A stretch of 62,155 bases of DNA, the filler included, from Rhabdomonas costata (lineage: Eukaryota): assembly GCA_019059605.1 (NCBI GenBank). It is 33 parts of 33 records of this genome, joined end to end, with 100 filler letters (N's around TTAATTAATTAA, not from the genome) between each part and the next. Parts side by side here need not be neighbours in the genome. Positions count along the whole stretch, not along the records: positions 58,483 to 60,269 come from JAHMHO010009076.1; positions 60,370 to 62,155 come from JAHMHO010009077.1; 31 more parts are not named here. One strand, written 5' to 3'. A program made the position numbers and the translations under genes. The notes beneath the pieces are model-generated. The model saw only the letters and a list, made by a program, of their open reading frames with translations, was not told where the DNA came from and did not search any database. Shown piece by piece: positions 60,133-62,155 of this stretch (its first letter is position 1; each line of letters opens with the position of its first letter).

Positions 60133-62155
60133 CTGAAGAGCCCCAAGAGACGACCGTGTACATACGGGCAATCTGGAGGGGGGAGGGGGGGCGAAGTCAC
60201 AGCTAACTGTATATACTTCGCTGCGGTCGCTCGCATGCGGGTCCTAAACTGAATATGCCACACTCACACNNNNNNNNNNNNNNNNNNNNNNNNNNNNNNN
60301 NNNNNNNNNNNNNTTAATTAATTAANNNNNNNNNNNNNNNNNNNNNNNNNNNNNNNNNNNNNNNNNNNNTCGGAGCATCAGTATGAGTTGAAAGTTGCAA
60401 TTATGAGGTATATACTGTAGCTAATAGCATTGTGTATCGCAAGATCTGTGTGTCACTGGTGCATAATGAACATTTTTCGGAAGTGAAGTGCCTTTACTTC
60501 TCTACGCACTACAAGTTTAAGTCGGATGTGCAGAACTTCGAGATGCAGCGGAACTTCCCGCAGTACAGCATATTTCGCGGAATGTGTAATGTGGAGTGCA
60601 TTGCAATTCGACGACAGGTACAATCTTTGGAAGATGAATTCATTCCAGCAGGCACTGTTCTCATGACGGATGATTTCTTTACACTCTTTCCAAAGAGCAA
60701 AAATAAACCCTCGTGGACTCCTGTGATGCCGCTTGATTTCTGGAGGTTGCTAGTTCGCGATTATACCACAGGTATCCGCGTTTCAGGTGAACCTTTTGAG
60801 CACAGGGACAGCAGTCAAAGTACCTAAAACTCTCCTGGAAGGAGCCGCTCTCATTCAGATCCCCCTCTAGAAGTGCAGCCATAGATTTCTTATAAAAGAA
60901 TCTATTTTTCAGCTAGGGTTTTGCTGCCAATGTAGTGTATGGACATCTTTGTCAAAGAAACCTCCTCCCACCTCCACCTAGGTATGTGGGCCAGCACCCC
61001 GACCATTAAGGTCTTCTGCCAGTGGGCATCATCATCATCGCGACACACATCCCAACACTCTGGCAACACTTGATGGCGGCATGTGGCCAGGCGGAGCCCC
61101 AACCGACAAAGATTCCGGAGTCCGCAGCCCCCTCCACAAGAGAATCCTTACAACGCCACACCAGCAGTTAAAGGAGTTTATATAACAGTTTAGAGTCAAA
61201 AAACCACTCCTTAAAAATCCGGTTCGGAAAGTTGTCATGTGTCATTAACATGCCTGGTAACCGGTTACTGTGGCTATTCTCCTCCAGAAAACTGAAATCA
61301 AAGACAGAGATGTTTGGACATCTATACGGCTCAAATCATTTGGAATGTATTGGGTTACATTCCCCAAAAGGATGAAGCCGTTCTTCACTTCAGGCGGCGG
61401 CTGCGGAGGAATGAAAAGGTCAAAAACAAGAAAGCCTTCGGTTTGGAATGTAAAGCCCTTTGGAGTGGAGTATTCCGTACCACTCAGGTACGGTGGGACT
61501 GGAACGGGGATTCCAACGAAATGTTATTGCAGCCTTGCTGTGCTATTTGCGCTCTTGCTTCCTTCTGGTACCGTGTAAACGCTGTTTTTATACTTTTGTG
61601 CGTTCTAAATAGGAAAGTGTGTGGATTGATTTTTCCTGAAACCAAATTGTATATTTGATTGTTAATCTTTATTTGGGGTCCCTCCCACGAATCCTCTAAG
61701 GCGATGTGCCGTTAACCCGCCGAGGACCTAATCCTTCGCAACTCGCGAACGGGTAAAAGCGATTTTTTGATCCTTAATAATGACACACGTTTTGTACGAT
61801 CACGTTTTTAGACGCGATTTGTATATCAATAAAAATACTGCACACAACGCTTTGCAATACACACAAGACTTTAAACAAATTATTCTGCAACAACCTTTCC
61901 ACCAAACTTTCCCAAGTCTCACCGTCTCCAGCGTTGCGTTCAGTGGTATTTTTGGTCTATTCTATCTATTCTTTTTGCTCTGTTCGCCTTTGACTGCATG
62001 GAGTGATTTTTAACCAATCCTTTGCATCACCAGTTACGGCACAGCATTCTGCATGGCAACGTGCCTGTCTCGGAAGATTCAAAGGACTGCAATACAGGCT
62101 TGCGTTATTCCGCCGCCCAAAAGGCTTTGACTCACGCAGTGCGCTGAAGTACATT

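Larger units (their letters stand above)
1..62155. other. Concatenation of 33 unlinked ~1.79 kb contigs separated by 32 artificial 100-bp linkers
   Basis: An identical spacer, 44 N + TTAATTAATTAA (stops in all six frames) + 44 N, recurs every ~1,887 bp, e.g. 1789-1888, 3676-3775 and 60270-60369. Contig lengths are all about 1,785-1,790 bp. Confidence 0.98.

Noticed and set aside
1789..60369. Regularly spaced TTAATTAATTAA motif as a repeat array or CRISPR-like structure
   Set aside because: It is always embedded in 44+44 N and is an artificial six-frame-stop linker.
1..62155. Clear-cut euglenid nonconventional introns, SL-RNA/5S units, rRNA or tRNA genes
   Set aside because: All homology-anchored junctions except the secernin GC-AG case are GT-AG, and I recognised no RNA gene by eye. 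A covariance-model scan is needed to exclude them.

Overview
This is not one continuous locus. It is 33 unrelated contigs of about 1,785-1,790 bp, apparently size-sorted, joined by artificial 100-bp spacers (44 N + TTAATTAATTAA + 44 N), so gene neighbourhood across spacers means nothing. The DNA is from an intron-rich eukaryote. I infer a euglenid (Euglenozoa) from a GTNYG-type splice-donor bias and a euglenid-type receptor adenylate cyclase ectodomain. Most contigs begin with G/T-only and end with A/C-only bases, which points to whole-genome amplification with self-inert G/T primers. Splicing exons by hand gave fragments of: secernin (peptidase C69), an NXPE/PC-esterase-like protein, a soluble adenylate cyclase-like N-terminus, an MgtE Mg2+ transporter, a Vps62/DUF946 protein, a receptor adenylate cyclase-like ectodomain, a kinase N-lobe, an eIF2-alpha kinase, a GPR1/FUN34/SatP transporter, an SLC35B4/YEA4 nucleotide-sugar transporter, a DM9 protein, an NMNAT/NadD-like C-terminus, a RimJ/RimL GNAT and an ABCB/P-glycoprotein. 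There are also several orphan multi-exon genes and a decayed CRE-like non-LTR retrotransposon. I recognised no rRNA, tRNA, SL-RNA or CRISPR array and cannot support a novel multi-gene system. The best leads are the splicing signals (donor consensus, an atypical GC-AG intron), the CRE-like element and several unusual protein families. Family calls rest on recalled motifs, not database searches.
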